Shown here in pieces: positions 62,545-64,000 of a stretch of 64,000 nt of DNA. The notes under the pieces were generated by a model, which was given only the letters and a program-made list of their open reading frames with translations, searched no databases and was not told the origin of the DNA. A program made the translations under genes and the position numbers. The stretch is from an uncultured Actinomycetes bacterium (GTDB lineage Bacteria > Actinomycetota > Acidimicrobiia > Acidimicrobiales > CADCTF01): assembly GCA_963750255.1 (NCBI GenBank), contig CAVVPZ010000009.1, positions 134,602 through 198,601 of the forward strand. The letters are read 5' to 3'. Positions within the stretch are counted from its first letter, which is position 1. Each line of letters opens with the position of its first letter.

Positions 62545-63660
62545 TTGCCCCGACCCGCCATCCTCTTCGGAGGCCCTTCGCCGGAGCACGACGTCAGCAT
62601 CATCCTCGGCCTCCTGGCGTCGCGTGCGCTGCGCAACCTGGGTGAGGGGGTCGACGCCATCTATTGGACCAAGTCGGCCGACTTCGTGTTGGTCGACGAC
62701 GATCTCGAGGCCGAGCACTTCCTCGAAGGCATCCCGAAGAACTCCCGGCCGGTTCGACTCGTCGCCGGCGGCTTCGAAGTCGAGGGCGGCGGCGGGTTCG
62801 GTCGACGCAAGTCGGGACGGTTGGACACGACCGCCGTGCTCAACTGCTGCCACGGTGGTCCTGGCGAGGACGGGACGCTGCAAGGCGCCCTCGATCTGGC
62901 CGGCGTGCGCTACACCGGCCCGACGGTGGCCGGCGCCGCGCTCGGCATGGACAAGCTGGCGTTCGCCTCCGCCGTCCTCGCCGCCGGGCTCCCTCACCTT
63001 CCCGTGGTCGCCTTGGATCCCGCCGACCCCGGGCCGCCGCCTTTCGACGGGCCGTACATCGTGAAGCCGCGGTTCGGGGGCTCGTCGATCGGGATCGAAG
63101 TGCTGGCCGACTGGCCGTCGGTGTGCGCCTACGTGGCGTCGCCCCAACCCCACCTCCGGGCCGGCGCCGTGGTCGAGCCGTTCAAGGAGGCCAGCTTCGA
63201 CCTCAACATCGCCGTGCGCACCTACCCCGAGGTGCAGCTGTCGGCCATCGAGAAGCCCATCCGCTCGACCGATGGCGCGGCCATTCTCGACTACCGAGAC
63301 AAGTACGTCGGTGGCGAAGGGATGGTGAGCGCGCCCAAGGAACTTCCCGCCGTCATCTCGGCCGAGTGGGAAGCGACGATTCGAGAGACGGCTCGCAAGC
63401 TGGTGACGTTGGCTTCGGTGCGGGGCGTGGCCCGGATCGACTTCCTGGCCCATGGCGACGACCTGTTCGTGAACGAGATCAACACCATTCCCGGCTCGAT
63501 GTCGAAGCACCTCTGGATCGACCCGCCCATCGCGCCCGCCGACCTCTTCGGTGACCTGCTCCGCGAGGCAGCCAGCGGCCCAGGCCGGCCGTATTCGACC
63601 CAGGGCGCCGACGGGTCGGCCCTTCGGTCGGCCGGCTCGATCACCAACAAGCTCGGCTAG
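62545..63660 (+). CDS. ddl: D-alanine--D-alanine ligase family ATP-grasp protein
   Basis: TTG 62545 is preceded by GAAGGAG. ILFGGPSPEHDVSI, CHGGPGEDGTLQGALDLAGVRYTGP, LGMDKLAF, IVKPRFGGSSIGI and VNEINTIPG. Confidence 0.85.
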   Translation: MPRPAILFGGPSPEHDVSIILGLLASRALRNLGEGVDAIYWTKSADFVLVDDDLEAEHFLEGIPKNSRPVRLVAGGFEVEGGGGFGRRKSGRLDTTAVLNCCHGGPGEDGTLQGALDLAGVRYTGPTVAGAALGMDKLAFASAVLAAGLPHLPVVALDPADPGPPPFDGPYIVKPRFGGSSIGIEVLADWPSVCAYVASPQPHLRAGAVVEPFKEASFDLNIAVRTYPEVQLSAIEKPIRSTDGAAILDYRDKYVGGEGMVSAPKELPAVISAEWEATIRETARKLVTLASVRGVARIDFLAHGDDLFVNEINTIPGSMSKHLWIDPPIAPADLFGDLLREAASGPGRPYSTQGADGSALRSAGSITNKLG

Positions 63661-63669
63661 GAAGCATCG

Positions 63670-64000
63670 ATGGTCGAGGTGGAAGCCGAGCGGTTCGCCG
63701 AACTCGTGGGCGATGCCCTCGACGGGATCCCGGACGAACTCGGACGCCTCATGGACAACGTCAACGTGTTCGTCGATGACACCAGCCCGCCCGGTCGGCT
63801 GTACGGCCTCTACGAGGGCATCCCGCTTACCCGCCGCGAGACCTATGGCGGCATGGTGATGCCCGACCGGATCACGATCTTTCGCCGCACCATCTGCGCC
63901 GGTTGCCGGACGGAGGCCGAAGTCGTCGAGCAGGTGCGGGTGACGGTCGTCCACGAGGTCGCGCACCACTTCGGCATCGACGACGCTCGACTCCACGAGC
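63670..64000 (+). CDS. zincin-like metallopeptidase family protein (DUF1025-like); 3' end beyond the window
   Basis: Not in the ORF track (no stop in the window). ATG 63670: MVEVEAERFAELVGDALDGIPDEL...VFVDD...GLYEGIPLTRR...ITIFRRTI...VVHEVAHHFG (HExxH). Confidence 0.7.
   Translation, partial: MVEVEAERFAELVGDALDGIPDELGRLMDNVNVFVDDTSPPGRLYGLYEGIPLTRRETYGGMVMPDRITIFRRTICAGCRTEAEVVEQVRVTVVHEVAHHFGIDDARLHE

Overview
High-GC Actinomycetota-type chromosomal segment. Lineage markers are the mycothiol amidase Mca, a fused Kgd/OdhA-type 2-oxoglutarate dehydrogenase, WS/DGAT and an RskA-type anti-sigma factor. I call about 60 protein-coding genes, mostly housekeeping and lipid or central metabolism: thiolase, two acyl-CoA dehydrogenases, two acyl-CoA synthetases, SDR, MalQ, pyruvate kinase, EttA, Kgd and XthA. 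I found no rRNA, tRNA, CRISPR array, transposase, integrase or phage genes. Four observations deserve follow-up. (1) A 38-bp palindrome family, GGGC-N6-AGAGCGCGATCGCGCTCT-N6-GCCC, has three copies with compensatory arm changes. Two copies sit in near-identical ~81-nt spacers that bracket a lower-GC orphan ORF at 40586-41041, which looks like a cassette insertion. (2) Single-base frameshifts are very dense: at least about 40 by manual tracing, most of them between 26.7 and 40 kb. They break otherwise well-conserved genes, including pyruvate kinase, a DNA ligase, UvrD2 and an ECF sigma factor. This is more consistent with unpolished sequence than with real decay, but it needs checking. (3) Several domain architectures are unusual: a MurF-type ligase with a 4-TM N-terminus next to a Ddl-like ATP-grasp protein, a NYN-S1-AKKAP-repeat protein, and a repeat propeller fused to a GH99-like domain. 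(4) There are regulatory candidates: an ECF-type promoter, TAnnnT hexamers 6-8 nt upstream of start codons (leaderless-type arrangement), and a RecA-NDp-like motif upstream of uvrD2. All functional calls rest on motif recognition in the translations by eye; no searches were run.
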